Assembly: GCF_001194135.2 (NCBI RefSeq)
Contig: NC_069003.1
Coordinates: 28,779,225 to 28,843,224, forward strand
Length of the DNA: 64,000 bases
Direction: 5' to 3'
Origin: Octopus bimaculoides
Taxonomy: Eukaryota
A program made the translations under genes and the position numbers. Shown piece after piece: positions 24,372-37,540 of this stretch. The notes under the pieces are model-generated. The model saw only the letters and a program-made list of their open reading frames with translations, did no database searches and was not told the origin of the DNA. Numbering within the stretch: the first letter of the stretch is position 1; each line of letters begins with the position of its first letter.

Positions 24372-26438
24372 CACCAGGACGTACCAATAAAAGAAACATT
24401 GCATTTGCTACATCAGATTACCAATATGCAAACAACGAGAGAGCGATTACGTTTCCGCACGATGTGCTGAAAGTGGTTGTTAAAACTCGCTTAAATTCTG
24501 TCATTGGCTTCAAGAGAGATGCACAACATTGGATAATACACTCCTAGTAATGCAACTTCCAATTTTTTTTATTATTCATTTTTGTAGTTATTGTCACTAT
24601 GACAAGAGAATCAACAAATGGTAGTAGTGACAGAAAGTAGTATACATGTTAGAATAAACATATAGACTCTTGCTTATTCTTCTTTATTTACATATCTTTA
24701 TGGCTGTGTTGAAATATTGCCATATAAATCCGAAATACGAAACAGTAGCTCATTGCGTCAGAGGTAAACATATCGTAGCTTTCACCATAAATGTTCTGGG
24801 GATTGTGTTAACACTATTTAAAATCAGATGTTATTCTAGTATAAAAATAGAAAAAATCCCAGATTTGAAAACACTTTAATATTTGGAAGATTTGAAAAAT
24901 CTTTAAAGGCATGAAATATTATTAATTGGAATACACTATATTTTTCTTGTTGAGCGCTATAATTTCATACGCAAATGCAGTAAGGTTTCTGATATGTAAG
25001 ACAGAGAGTCACAAAACGTGCTTTAACGGAGTTTATTCATGTAACTCGTAGATCTGATCTACGTGCATAACACTTTAAAAAAACTGAAAGCAAGAAAAAG
25101 AAAGAAAGAAAACGGGGAGTGACATTGTGATGTATTTAATGTCAGATGGAGAAAGTAATAAACATGTCACGATGCAAATATGAATATTCAGTTGACAAGA
25201 TAGAGCTTACTGAATTCTGAAATAAAGAAGAAAAATCCATAAATGTATAAGAATGAATACTGTTATGTGGTAAGAAGATTTCATGCTACTAATTTATGTG
25301 TTATAAATTATTGATATACAATAAAGCCCTTACACGTAATTTTACTAGAAATAAGTACATTGTAGATGAGGAATTATAACTCAGTTGTATATTTAATATA
25401 TTGTGGATAACGTCAGGTGTAGTACTTGATCGAACGACTCTGATATAATGTCAACACCCCAATAGGCATTGACAAAGTGATATGCTGGGAGCGCCTCGCA
25501 TATCAACAAACACGTCAAGAAAAATAAAACGGTTTGAATGTGTAGGATACACGTCATTGAGCAAGTGTTAGGCGAGCTTAAATCAAATGAGCAAACTCTG
25601 AGAAAATATTGAATAAGAGAATATTTATACCCTTTGGATTTAAATAATGAGACTATGTGAAGGATACCGACATCATTTGGGGTTGGGAGGAAAGACGATT
25701 GAAATGGTGCAACAGAGCAATGGAACCAGAAATAAGGGCGGTAAAACAATATATATCTTTTTCTTTCCAATTGAACGGACGCACTATATATTCGTTCTTC
25801 TTCACTAATTTATTATTGTTCTTATATTGTATATATATATATATNNNNNNNNNNNNNNNNNNNNNNNNNNNNNNNNNNNNNNNNNNNNNNNNNNNNNNNN
25901 NNNNNNNNNNNNNNNNNNNNNNNNNNNNNNNNNNNNNNNNNNNNNNNNNNNNNNNNNNNNNNNNNNNNNNNNNNNNNNNNNNNNNNNNNNNNNNNNNNNN
26001 NNNNNNNNNNNNNNNNNNNNNNNNNNNNNNNNNNNNNNNNNNNNNNNNNNNNNNNNNNNNNNNNNNNNNNNNNNNNNNNNNNNNNNNNNNNNNNNNNNNN
26101 NNNNNNNNNNNNNNNNNNNNNNNNNNNNNNNNNNNNNNNNNNNNNNNNNNNNNNNNNNNNNNNNNNNNNNNNNNNNNNNNNNNNNNNNNNNNNNNNNNNN
26201 NNNNNNNNNNNNNNNNNNNNNNNNNNNNNNNNNNNNNNNNNNNNNNNNNNNNNNNNNNNNNNNNNNNNNNNNNNNNNNNNNNNNNNNNNNNNNNNNNNNN
26301 NNNNNNNNNNNNNNNNNNNNNNNNNNNNNNNNNNNNNNNNNNNNNNNNNNNNNNNNNNNNNNNNNNNNNNNNNNNNNNNNNNNNNNNNNNNNNNNNNNNN
26401 NNNNNNNNNNNNNNNNNNNNNNNNNNNNNNNNNNNNNN

Positions 26439-26490
26439 TTCTGAGTTCAAATTCCGCCAAGGTCGTCTTTTCCTTTCGTCTTTTCCTTTC
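26439..26490 (+). mobile_element. SINE family A fragment at gap edge
   Basis: ttctgagttcaaattccgccaaggtcg. Confidence 0.7.
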
Positions 26491-28569
26491 ATCTTTTCCA
26501 ATGGAAAATTTTAAGAATTTTTTAGCATTTCTGTGTCTATGAGAGATCGAGATTCCATTACAAGGAATATAGACGTTTATAGAGGAGAGTTAAATGTTAA
26601 TCGTAATAGGACATTATTTTGAATTAAAGGTATCATTTTTTATATAGACAACCCATATGTTTCGCTCGCAGCCAATGTATATAAGACAAGTTAGATACGT
26701 TAAATCTAGACCTCTTTTAACTGACTTATACTCTTTTGAGTTTTCTTTGTGCTTTATGGAAAAACGATGTTAGTATTGGTTAAATAACTTATTTGTTTTT
26801 AGAATATATATTTTCGCTCCAAATAGTTGTTTTGTTTTAGAATGTCTTATATAAGATTTATTGTTGGGATTGGAAAGCTTTGTGAAACGGTAAATATGTG
26901 TAAATAAGATTAATTATCTGCATGTTTCATTTGGGGTTTGTGAAGTAGCTATGACTGAGATCAATAAGATTTCTGTGTTTAAAGTTAATGTAACACATAT
27001 GCGGTCTGCGATAGCTGCATGCCTATCAGATTAAGATGAAACGTATCTGACATACAAGAGTTAAGATGTTAATAGAAAGATACTAGATATAATTTATTGG
27101 TAGATGTTAATCTTGTAAGGCATCAGATTAGGCAAGATTATAGTACATGAATATTAATTTAGCAATTCAATTATAACTGTGATTTACGCAATAATATATT
27201 CAATTTAGAATAATTACACCACTACTATTAAGTTGCAGATTAGATCAAAATTGATTATAAATTATGTCCAATATTTCTAGCAAAAGGGTTTAATGAGCTA
27301 GTTGATGCATGCTATGTTGCATAAAGTGTTATCCACAGGGTTCTTTCTCTCTCTGCCGCTAATTAGCCAGTGATGACCATTTCCTATTTCACGCCATATT
27401 TTCCTCCGAGTCTTTCGTTCCGAAGAATATTTATTTACGGTCCATAGCGCGTAAGGCCCAGACAGATGATCATTGGTCACCTATAGGTTTCTTATGTTTT
27501 TATTGACATCTAATCTGTATGAGTACATTCATGAGTAATTACTAAGTATTCTTTTATTCTTTTATGTGTTTCAGTGAGGTGGCTGTGGTCATTGTGCGTA
27601 GATGCCTTATGGATCATAGTTGCTCCAGTATTCGATCAATCATCAAATTAAATTGAATTTCATCAGTCTTAAACGATTTGAAAAGGTATCGTATGAACTT
27701 TTCCTCCTTCGGGAAATACAATAAAATATCCCTTTAATTAAATTTTAGCTTCCATCTCGGCTGGGATCAACAAAATTATTATCAGTCAAATACTGAAAGC
27801 GATCGTTGAAAACGCGTCGTAATCTACCAAACCTAGAAATAGGTAACATTTTGAATAACTACAGCTTTAATTCATAAGCACAGTATATATGTGGCGCCCA
27901 GAGATAGGACTTGATTTTCATTCGAATCACGGTTAAAGAAAGTTTCCCATAGAACTTCGCGGTTATGTAAATATATAATAAGAGATAATATATAATTAAA
28001 AGTGTGAGATTAGATTTGTGCTTGAAAAAGTGATGGGGTGTAAAGATAATGTTCAATGGATTGCATTTAGATAATATTTCACCGTGTATAAGATATAAAA
28101 CACAATGATAAATAATATTGATATTGTCACTAAATAATAAATATAAATCCTACACCATACATCGTTTCCAAATGTTATCTGTCACTCGTTTTACAAAGTT
28201 GACGTCGAAAATTATAGCTTTTGTTATTTCTGACATTAAAAATGAATCATTTATGTTGTGAATAAGTGATGGACTTACATATATTTTATCTCACTTTTCT
28301 CTTTACTTATGCAAATTAAATTTTGCAACGCACTGTTATCCGAAGAATATTTACATTCGTGTTTTAAAATTTAGCGCGCGCAAGCATATTCAAACACAGC
28401 CACACACACAAACACACAGATACACACAAACACAAACACACCCACACAAACACATGCTCACACACAAATACACACACGCAAAAACATCCACACAAACACC
28501 CACACAAACACACATACACTTACACATAAGACACACGTACAAAATGTGTGCAACGTTATGTACATGAAA

Positions 28570-28607
<38 letters not shown>

Positions 28608-29817
28608 TAGAGAGTAAACGTAGGAAAAAGATATCGTAAAAAGTAAATTTAACTTGAAGTTTCCTTTCATGACAAAAGTAGTTTGTGCCCTTTGGGAAAT
28701 CAGTTCAAAACATGATTCACAAAAGAATATTTCCTAAAGGAATTTGCTAATTTTCTTACCTGGACACTGAACTGTCACAGGGGAATTAATTCTATATCTA
28801 TTAAGGAGGCTGCACTTTGTAGGTAGAATAGCATCTTAATTAGTATAAATTCATATTACAGAAGGAAGAATTTCACACACACGCGTGCACTCGTGCCCAA
28901 ATTCACAGTCTGATACATAAGCACACCCATCTCTGGTCTCTCTTACATTCTCTCTCTATGTATATATATATGTATATATATATATATATATNNNNNNNNN
29001 NNNNNNNNNNNNNNNNNNNNNNNNNNNNNNNNNNNNNNNNNNNNNNNNNNNNNNNNNNNNNNNNNNNNNNNNNNNNNNNNNNNNNNNNNNNNNNNNNNNN
29101 NNNNNNNNNNNNNNNNNNNNNNNNNNNNNNNNNNNNNNNNNNNNNNNNNNNNNNNNNNNNNNNNNNNNNNNNNNNNNNNNNNNNNNNNNNNNNNNNNNNN
29201 NNNNNNNNNNNNNNNNNNNNNNNNNNNNNNNNNNNNNNNNNNNNNNNNNNNNNNNNNNNNNNNNNNNNNNNNNNNNNNNNNNNNNNNNNNNNNNNNNNNN
29301 NNNNNNNNNNNNNNNNNNNNNNNNNNNNNNNNNNNNNNNNNNNNNNNNNNNNNNNNNNNNNNNNNNNNNNNNNNNNNNNNNNNNNNNNNNNNNNNNNNNN
29401 NNNNNNNNNNNNNNNNNNNNNNNNNNNNNNNNNNNNNNNNNNNNNNNNNNNNNNNNNNNNNNNNNNNNNNNNNNNNNNNNNNNNNNNNNNNNNNNNNNNN
29501 NNNNNNNNNNNNNNNNNNNNNNNNNNNNNNNNNNNNNNNNNNNNNNNNNNNNNNNNNNNNNNNNNNNNNNNNNNNNNNNNNNNNNNNNNNNNNNNNNNNN
29601 NNNNNNNNNNNNNNNNNNNNNNNNNNNNNNNNNNNNNNNNNNNNNNNNNNNNNNNNNNNNNNNNNNNNNNNNNNNNNNNNNNNNNNNNNNNNNNNNNNNN
29701 NNNNNNNNNNNNNNNNNNNNNNNNNNNNNNNNNNNNNNNNNNNNNNNNNNNNNNNNNNNNNNNNNNNNNNNNNNNNNNNNNNNNNNNNNNNNNNNNNNNN
29801 NNNNNNNNNNNNNNNNN

Positions 29818-29855
<38 letters not shown>

Positions 29856-30022
29856 CGTGTGCGTGTGTATGAATAAGAGGAATAGCTACCAAGGTAGATT
29901 CCTAATACGACAGATGAAGACGCCAAATCGCCTTACCACGAAGAATACGTTCTCAAAACGTTTAGCGAACGCCAGAATGTATGGGAGCAAGACAAATGAA
30001 AGGAGACAAAATAGACCATTTA

Positions 30023-30089
30023 ACACCATATCGTATGATTTCGCTATCAATGATCACATTAGTGATCACCCATAGCTCTTCAGTGAAGA
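30023..30089 (-). ncRNA. Type I hammerhead ribozyme with intact catalytic core
   Basis: RNA reads ucuuca-CUGAAGA-GCUAUGGGUGAUCAC(UAAU)GUGAUCAUUGAUAGC-GAAA-UC(AUAC)GAU-A-ugguguu. Stem II pairs at 14 of 15 positions with G10.1-C11.1 closing; stem III is AUC/GAU; the cleavage triplet is AUA; stem I pairs at 4 of the first 5 positions. Confidence 0.8.
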
Positions 30090-30194
30090 TATTTAAAAAA
30101 TGAGATACTGATGCATGATTGATGGAACTTTATGGATGTTCCCTGTAGCGATGCCGTTTTGTATCAAGTTCGGCGGATTATGTATCCTGAAACT

Positions 30195-30261
30195 ACTTCA
30201 CTGAAGATCTACGGATGATCACATTAGTGATCATTGATAGCGAAATCTTAAGATAAGGAGT
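30195..30261 (+). ncRNA. Type I hammerhead ribozyme, slightly degenerate partner copy
   Basis: acuuca-CUGAAGA-ucuacggaugaucac(AUUA)gugaucauugauagc-GAAA-UC(UUAA)GAU-A-aggagu. G10.1 is changed to U and position 1.1 is mismatched. Confidence 0.7.
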
Positions 30262-31744
30262 TAATTGGTCTATTTGTCTTCCTTGCATACATTCTGGCGT
30301 TGGCTAAAGTTTTTGAGAACATATTATTCGTGGTAAGGCGATTTAGCGTCTTATTCTAGCAAGTGTAGGAATCCACGTTGTTGGCTATTCCTCTTATTTA
30401 TTTATTTACTATAATATAAAGTGTTCGGACATTTTTTAAGTATGCTAGGCCACTGGTTTAAATTGATATTATTTAATAATATTAATTTTTACCCTCATTA
30501 TATAATTCATATATATAATTCATATATATATATATATATATATATATANNNNNNNNNNNNNNNNNNNNNNNNNNNNNNNNNNNNNNNNNNNNNNNNNNNN
30601 NNNNNNNNNNNNNNNNNNNNNNNNNNNNNNNNNNNNNNNNNNNNNNNNNNNNNNNNNNNNNNNNNNNNNNNNNNNNNNNNNNNNNNNNNNNNNNNNNNNN
30701 NNNNNNNNNNNNNNNNNNNNNNNNNNNNNNNNNNNNNNNNNNNNNNNNNNNNNNNNNNNNNNNNNNNNNNNNNNNNNNNNNNNNNNNNNNNNNNNNNNNN
30801 NNNNNNNNNNNNNNNNNNNNNNNNNNNNNNNNNNNNNNNNNNNNNNNNNNNNNNNNNNATATACATAATATATATAGCATATATGCAAATGTATGTGTGC
30901 ATATGTGAGTCTGTGCGAGTGTGCGTGTGTGTATGTGTCTGTGTTAGCGCGCATGTGCATGAATGTATGTGTTTATGTATTTGTCTTAAGATTAATATCC
31001 ACTCTCCTTAATTAAAATGCTAATCCTGTTACAGAGCACTTTCTGTTTCATAGATATAGAATTATTTCATGTGCAGCGTTTCTGTGTCCACAGAAGGAAA
31101 TTAGTAAATACCGTTTGGGATTTTCTTTCTTTTTTTCATGATATGATTTGATATGATTTCCCAAAGGGAATGCATTAGTTTTTCCATGGAAGGTAGTGTC
31201 ATGAAAATTTTCTTTTAGTCGCAGTAAATGATGTTTATATCAGTTCAGATGTTCATCAACCTATTCAAGATCGAACATTAATATATATGATGCAATGTAT
31301 GCTTTATCTGAAGTATGAGATTGTTGCAGTTGAAATGTTCCCGCATTTTTATCAAGTTATCATATTTGCAGAAGGCACTAGCAACAGAATATATTACGCC
31401 TTTCTTTGTCTCTATATATTTATTTGCATTACTCATGACTATATCCAGTATCTCAGATATTATGTGGGACAAAGGAGAAAATTATTCTCAGGTAGAAGTC
31501 CTTGTCCACTTGTTTTTAACAAATGTCAACCCAAGAAACATCAAGGTTGATGTTTACCAGCCAAAACTCGAATATGTTGTTTACCGTACGTGTTTTCACA
31601 GATTCTGTTCAATGAATATTACTCACAAATATTTGGTCTATGTTAAAATGCACGTGCCCAAAGGGACAAGTAAAAGTATTGAACAAAATAGCCTGTTTGG
31701 GACTAAGCAGTTATCGATACGTACACCAGCTCTCTCTGATATGG

Positions 31745-31900
31745 TCTGTGACACAGGCACAAGGACAGCAATTTTAAGAGAGAAGGATTGGATAGTCGAC
31801 GCCATGGACTCCAGTACTTGACTGGCATGATATTTCATTGAACCCAGAAGGAAGAAAAATGAAGTTGACTTCGTTAGTGTTTGAACTCACAACGTAAAGG
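31745..31900 (-). mobile_element. SINE family A, highly degenerate
   Basis: ggcacaaggacagcaatttt...gtcgac...ccagtacttgactgg...gaagttgactt...tttgaactcacaacgtaaag. Confidence 0.55.
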
Positions 31901-32615
31901 ACACATAGTATACCTAAAGCTACATTATCTAATGAATTGCTTTCGCAAAAGACAGTGTATAACTTGGAAGGACTTGGCTGCTATTTCTAAAAAGCCAAGG
32001 GTAGCCTATAAAGATTCCCTCCTTGGATTGTTGCGCAATTCTTTTGAACGATGTCTAATGTTGTGTTCAGTATATTTATTATTATTTTTTATTATTATTC
32101 TCCTATTCTAATTTGCTTTCTGCCAATTTTGTGCTGTTTAAATATTTTAAGCACGATGAAATATCATTTCCGTTGACGTGAGCGCATTTCCATGAGATAT
32201 TTAGATTTCGGTTAAACAAGGGATTAGATTACAGGTTGGTGTAATCTTAGATTTTTATTTCTGTAGTTACAGAACTAAATTTAGCTTAAACAAACGTGAG
32301 AAGGGTTATTGAAAACTGTCACCACTAAATGACAAAGATTAAATAAATAATAATAATAAACACTAAATATTGCGCACGAAGAAAACAAGCAGTTCTGACA
32401 CTACATTTCTCTAATTTAACGATTAATTAAACAAACGCCCTAAATAGTTTTGTAAACAGGTGAAAGGGCCACATTTTTTCCCATTGAGAGCATATTAAGA
32501 GAATATGCTGAAAATCCAGTGTAGGCGGTGGTGCCAGCTCTGTAAGGCAATTCACCTCGAAGGTAGCTATTTCAATAAGAAAGCTACAGCTTGTTAGTCA
32601 CCCCATCCGTTTTAG

Positions 32616-32757
32616 TTCACTGAGCCCATTGTGTTCAGAACTTCAATTGTAAAGAGTGGCAGCTCGGACTGTCTCAATTTAAAACTACCAAACGCTAGCA
32701 GAAAGAAAATCCCTACGGCTGCGACGGAGAAGAGACGAAAACGACAGGCTCTGAAAG
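32616..32757 (+). other. Candidate isolated exon
   Basis: Acceptor ccccatccgttttag| and donor AAG|gtacga. Only one open frame (FTEPIVFRTS...TEKRRKRQALK). No homology recognised. Confidence 0.2.
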
Positions 32758-34409
32758 GTACGAATATTGGTAGCCACAACGCCGCATGTAGTCGGCCGCT
32801 ATTCCTTATTATCTTCGGAAACGAAGAACTGCCATAACTGGAAATATGAATCATCTGTTGTTATTTCAGTTCCTCATTCTCAGAAATCCTTGACTGAACA
32901 CATATTTCATCAAAATCCTTCCAACCGTATATTTTCGCCTTTCATTTTGGGGAAATACATTTTGGGTGGCCTTTTAACATTTACCGCTTATCTTTTATCT
33001 TAATCTTGTTTCAGTTATCATTCCGCTTAATTAATGCAAGGTGACGTCTATTGTCATACATAGTTTATCACCTTCCACACTACTCATACTATTCATTTTA
33101 ATTGAGTACCCGCAAAACGCCACGTGTAGATTCCAATACTATAACGGAACTTACAGTGAAAACGATGGAAAAAATTCATATGGAAAACTTACATAGAAAG
33201 GTCGTACCGACAAATCATAGATGAATTATACAGAGAAAAGATTTTAGCGAAAATTGGTGAATAAATTCAGGATCATAAATTATTACTTTTAAGGTTAATC
33301 ATTTAGTAGAAAGTTTTAAATAAGTTGTGAAATAGTTTTAAGTTTAATTATCTTAAAAAAGTTTTAAATTTGATCTTAATTACTTTGAAGTTTAATCATA
33401 TTAGAGAATTATTTAAACTTTGAACAGGTTTCTATTAGACTTCAAGGGATTAATTAGCGTGGATATATTTGATATATTATATATTTTAACGAATAATTAA
33501 ACTACAGGATTCCTCCATTTCCCCGTTGATAGTGTGAAGATGTGCTAAGCTTCATGTATAATTAACTAATGCAGGCATATATATTTTTCGTATCTAAATC
33601 TATTTATGTTTGTTCTTGTAAATTTGGTATGATGTTTGCTTCAATGCTTATAATATTCCTATATTCTCGTCCAAGAAATGGCTTATGACATTTCGAGTAA
33701 TTTTACTGAAGATAAAGGTGAGAAGTGGAAAAATGTTAGATATTTTATACTTATTTTCATATTGTAAAACTCTCGACAATTTTCTCAATTTCTGTCTTCT
33801 CACTCTATATAATTAAAATATATACATTTGTTCATATATTTTAGTATTTTCTTTATTTACATATACGCCGTAATGAAACAATATATTCTGGAAAGATTAT
33901 TTCGAACGATATTTTCTTTTCAAATATATAATTACATATATTGATTGACATTTCTAATTAAATTAATGAATGCGAGTATGGAAGAGGCGTAGAAAATTGT
34001 CTATATGAATCTAGTGTGGTTTGTTCCGTTGGTCTGGTGATATACTGCAGTCTTTCATTAACAAACCAGTCATTCACGAACAATCTTTCAGAGTCGGTGG
34101 CACCTCAGCCTCACCAAGTACCAAAGGAAGCACTCTGTATCTATTTCGTGATATTTACTGTGTCTCATCCTTTAAGTCCTTCGCAGAAACATCCTTTTGG
34201 TAATTAATTTACTTCGCAAGGAAAGGCTTCGAGGTTCAGTACATTAGACTAAAATCTTTGTCTTTTGTAAGCTAACCACTACTCAACGAATAACGTATGA
34301 TAAAAATTTAATAGAGGGGTTCTGTCTCGAAGCACGACTATGGAACAACCATTTTCTTGAGTAGTTGATTTCAATCACCGTCCACGTTAACACCACCGTC
34401 AAGCAATTG

Positions 34410-34530
34410 GGTGCCGTTAGCAAAGATTAATCCATCGTAAGCTTTCAGGCCAGATTTTCGTTTTGGGGATAACCTTCTTCTTTATGCACATCATATACAG
34501 GTACTTCAAAGGTGATCTGTCGAGTTATCC
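34410..34530 (-). mobile_element. Possible Merlin/IS1595-like (ISXO2) transposase fragment
   Basis: IKKKVIPKTKI, frameshift, then GLKAYDGLIFANG resembles the IxxKVxPxSxIxTDxWxxYDGL ... FAxG motif. Short and frameshifted. Confidence 0.3.
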
Positions 34531-35819
34531 GTTCTCCTTTCATTAACGTTTATAAGTAAAATTGAAAATATGTTCCACATCTGCATTCATGTTAGTAGTG
34601 CTACCGCCTTGATTTTGCTCCAAGTTACGTTTCTTTTTCTAAGGCGTTTTGGTACTCAGTGAGCAAAAACTTTTCCCCCGCAACTACGACTACAGGCAAC
34701 GCTGTTCACAACAGTTTATTCCAAATTTCAACTATTTATAAACACTATCTACTACGAAAACACTGGTGGAGAACCAAATTAAAAGAAATATAAACGACGG
34801 CGAAACGGAGCAAATATTGTGAGTCACCTAAATATGAATATACATTCAAAGTTATACAAAAGGAAGCCATTTCGTAAATCAGATGTCATAAATCATTCTA
34901 AGAGGGATTTATTCGGCTGGCCCTTATTGAGCTTCAAATCTATGTATAATTTTTATATATATATATAGTTAAAGTTTNNNNNNNNNNNNNNNNNNNNNNN
35001 NNNNNNNNNNNNNNNNNNNNNNNNNNNNNNNNNNNNNNNNNNNNNNNNNNNNNNNNNNNNNNNNNNNNNNNNNNNNNNNNNNNNNNNNNNNNNNNNNNNN
35101 NNNNNNNNNNNNNNNNNNNNNNNNNNNNNNNNNNNNNNNNNNNNNNNNNNNNNNNNNNNNNNNNNNNNNNNATATATATATATATATATATATATATTAG
35201 AGGATATGAGACAAAAAGTAGGTCATGCATATAGACAAAATATACAGAGCCAGTTCTTTGAATATTCTAAGCCATATCGAAAATTAGGCAATGAATCCGA
35301 TGAGGAGGCCGTCAAACATAAATACTTTACAATCAAATGTCTCAAGTACGACGCGTCCTTTTTCTATGACTCCTTCAAGTACAGAAACATATATACACTC
35401 CACTACACATGCCACTTCTTTACAATCTTTATGAAGTTTTCCTACACACCATCTCGCTCTAATGTCCCACTCACCCCCCTCTCCATCTCACTCTTTCTGT
35501 CTGCCAGCCTCTCTATCTCTATCTATCTTTGTTTGTCTATCATTCTAAATTTATTTGTTATACGAGACATATCACTACATACTTTACTTAATACATCTAA
35601 CGTGGAAAATGTATAGAAAGAGCTATTGACATTTCTTTTATACACGTTTCTACGAGTTGAAAGTAGATGCTGAACCTTCACATTTTCCCATCATCAACAG
35701 GAGATTTTTCGAAGATTCTAGGAAAGTGTCAGTTAAAATATTTTATAAAGAAAACTAACGCGAAATTGAATTTGAAATTCAATGTACGTACGTATGTATA
35801 TACATACAACAGGGTTTAT

Positions 35820-35874
<55 letters not shown>

Positions 35875-35989
35875 NNNNNNNNNNNNNNNNNNNNNNNNNN
35901 NNNNNNNNNNNNNNNNNNNNNNNNNNNNNNNNNNNNNNNNNNNNNNNNNNNNNNNNNNNNNNNNNNNNNNNNNNNNNNNNNNNNNNNNN

Positions 35990-36022
<33 letters not shown>

Positions 36023-36128
36023 CATAGGTATAAGTAACGGTAACTTGTATGGTGCCAAATATATCCAGTTGCATGTTAACAAATGGAAAATTTAATCAAG
36101 AACAAAAGCAGAGGAGTGGGGGGGGGGA

Positions 36129-36338
36129 GGAAAAGAATTTAAGCAAGGTCATTTGGCTGGTAGTATCACAGACTTTAAGGAAAGGGGACTGGTATCTGAA
36201 AAAATATTTGAAGAAGAGGGAGTGGGGAATATTTGAAAAACACCTCTCCACTCTATATCATCTTATTTTCAAATACCATTCCCCTTGATAATTTCTGTGA
36301 TACTACCGGTCAAATGACTTCGCTTCAATTCCTCTTTC
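36129..36338. repeat. Foldback element 4: about 78-bp inverted arms, no hammerhead
   Basis: aagcaaggtcatttggctggtagtatcacaga...aaggggactggtatctgaaaaaata (36129-36206) is the reverse complement of 36264-36338. Confidence 0.85.
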
Positions 36339-37310
36339 TCCTCACTCATGTCATTTTTCTGTATTTCCTTCTTCCTTCTTTTAAACCTAGTTTCTCTCTG
36401 CATTTATATTCGACACTGCTACCGTGCTCTCTACACCTTCTGATAAGATCTTCCATCTGTTAATATACACCTTCTTGCGACAATGTAAACTTACATTTAA
36501 TAAAGATATCCTTCGCCTGAATAGTAGCGTGCGGTTAGATATTTACTACTTCTGAGGTTCCGCTCCATATCCAACGTATGTAAACCGGATCTTATCTTCT
36601 CCAGTCCTCTTGTTTGTATACACACACACACACACATACATGTGTGTGTGCGTAACTATGTTAGCAAATGTACTCTTTCCTAAAATATAGTGATTGGATA
36701 TAATCTTATTGAAACGTGCGTGTTATTTAATGTAGGTAAGATATCTTGGTTTCGAAAAGAGTGATTACGAGTTGTGTTGATTTAGGAGGGTATTATAGAT
36801 GTCAGGTGAAATGCATAAGCAATTCTATGGTAACTTTACTCACTTACATAAGTAACAATATATACATGCCTGTAGAAATATAATTATACATTTGAATATT
36901 ATATTATACATGCACGCACATATAAAGAAATATCAGGAGGTATAACAGTTGAATAGAGATTTATGAAACCATGTGATATTCATCGGTGTGCAGTTGTTTC
37001 ACAACCTTCTTCGCGTATAATTAATTTTAGTATATATGAAATTATGTGAACACGTTTGCATTTATACGTACGCAAGGTATCGTACGTTAGAACCGCATAT
37101 TCACAAATTAATACCTACATAGAAAGGTAAGTCATCTTATTATGTTTACATCAAGGGTTTAATATTAAACGTATACAAAATTCACTCGGTGTACATACAC
37201 TATATGAAAGATCGAAACTCGATAAAAGTACATCTCGAAAGAAATAAAGCTATGAATAATAACGTATAAGTATTTGGTTAAAATTCTTTCGGGGAAGAAA
37301 AAGTGTGGAG

Positions 37311-37379
37311 TGCTACCCCCGAGAATCGAACCCATATTTCTTGTAAATATGACGGGCATTATCCTTTCAGACCAGAGCA
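37311..37379 (-). pseudogene. Degenerate tRNA-like sequence (tRNA pseudogene or solo SINE head)
   Basis: Minus strand tgctctggtctgaaaggata...tatgggttcgattctcgggggtagca. Box B GGTTCGATTC and tgct/agca acceptor-like ends; length about 70 nt. Confidence 0.45.
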
Positions 37380-37540
37380 ATCATGCCAGACTGTCTGACC
37401 ACTTTAGAGACTTCATTCGTACCAGTGAGGATTGTACTTCGTTTACTTCTTGGTTACAAATAATATGGGTTTGCATCCGACGTGCAGCCTTTGCCTCTTT
37501 CTATTGCAAATGTTTTAACCTAATATTTACATGCTAATCA

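Larger units (their letters stand above)
29872..30398. mobile_element. Foldback element 3: about 200-bp inverted arms, each with a type I hammerhead
   Basis: Arms 29872-30088 and 30196-30398 align as reverse complements over their whole length, around a spacer of about 107 bp. Confidence 0.9.

Noticed and set aside
29868-30400. Reading foldback 3 as a TA-targeting Tc1/mariner MITE
   Set aside because: A TA can be drawn at both ends, but the termini do not resemble mariner TIRs and the arms contain hammerheads. A Penelope-type origin is preferred, although a MITE is not fully excluded.
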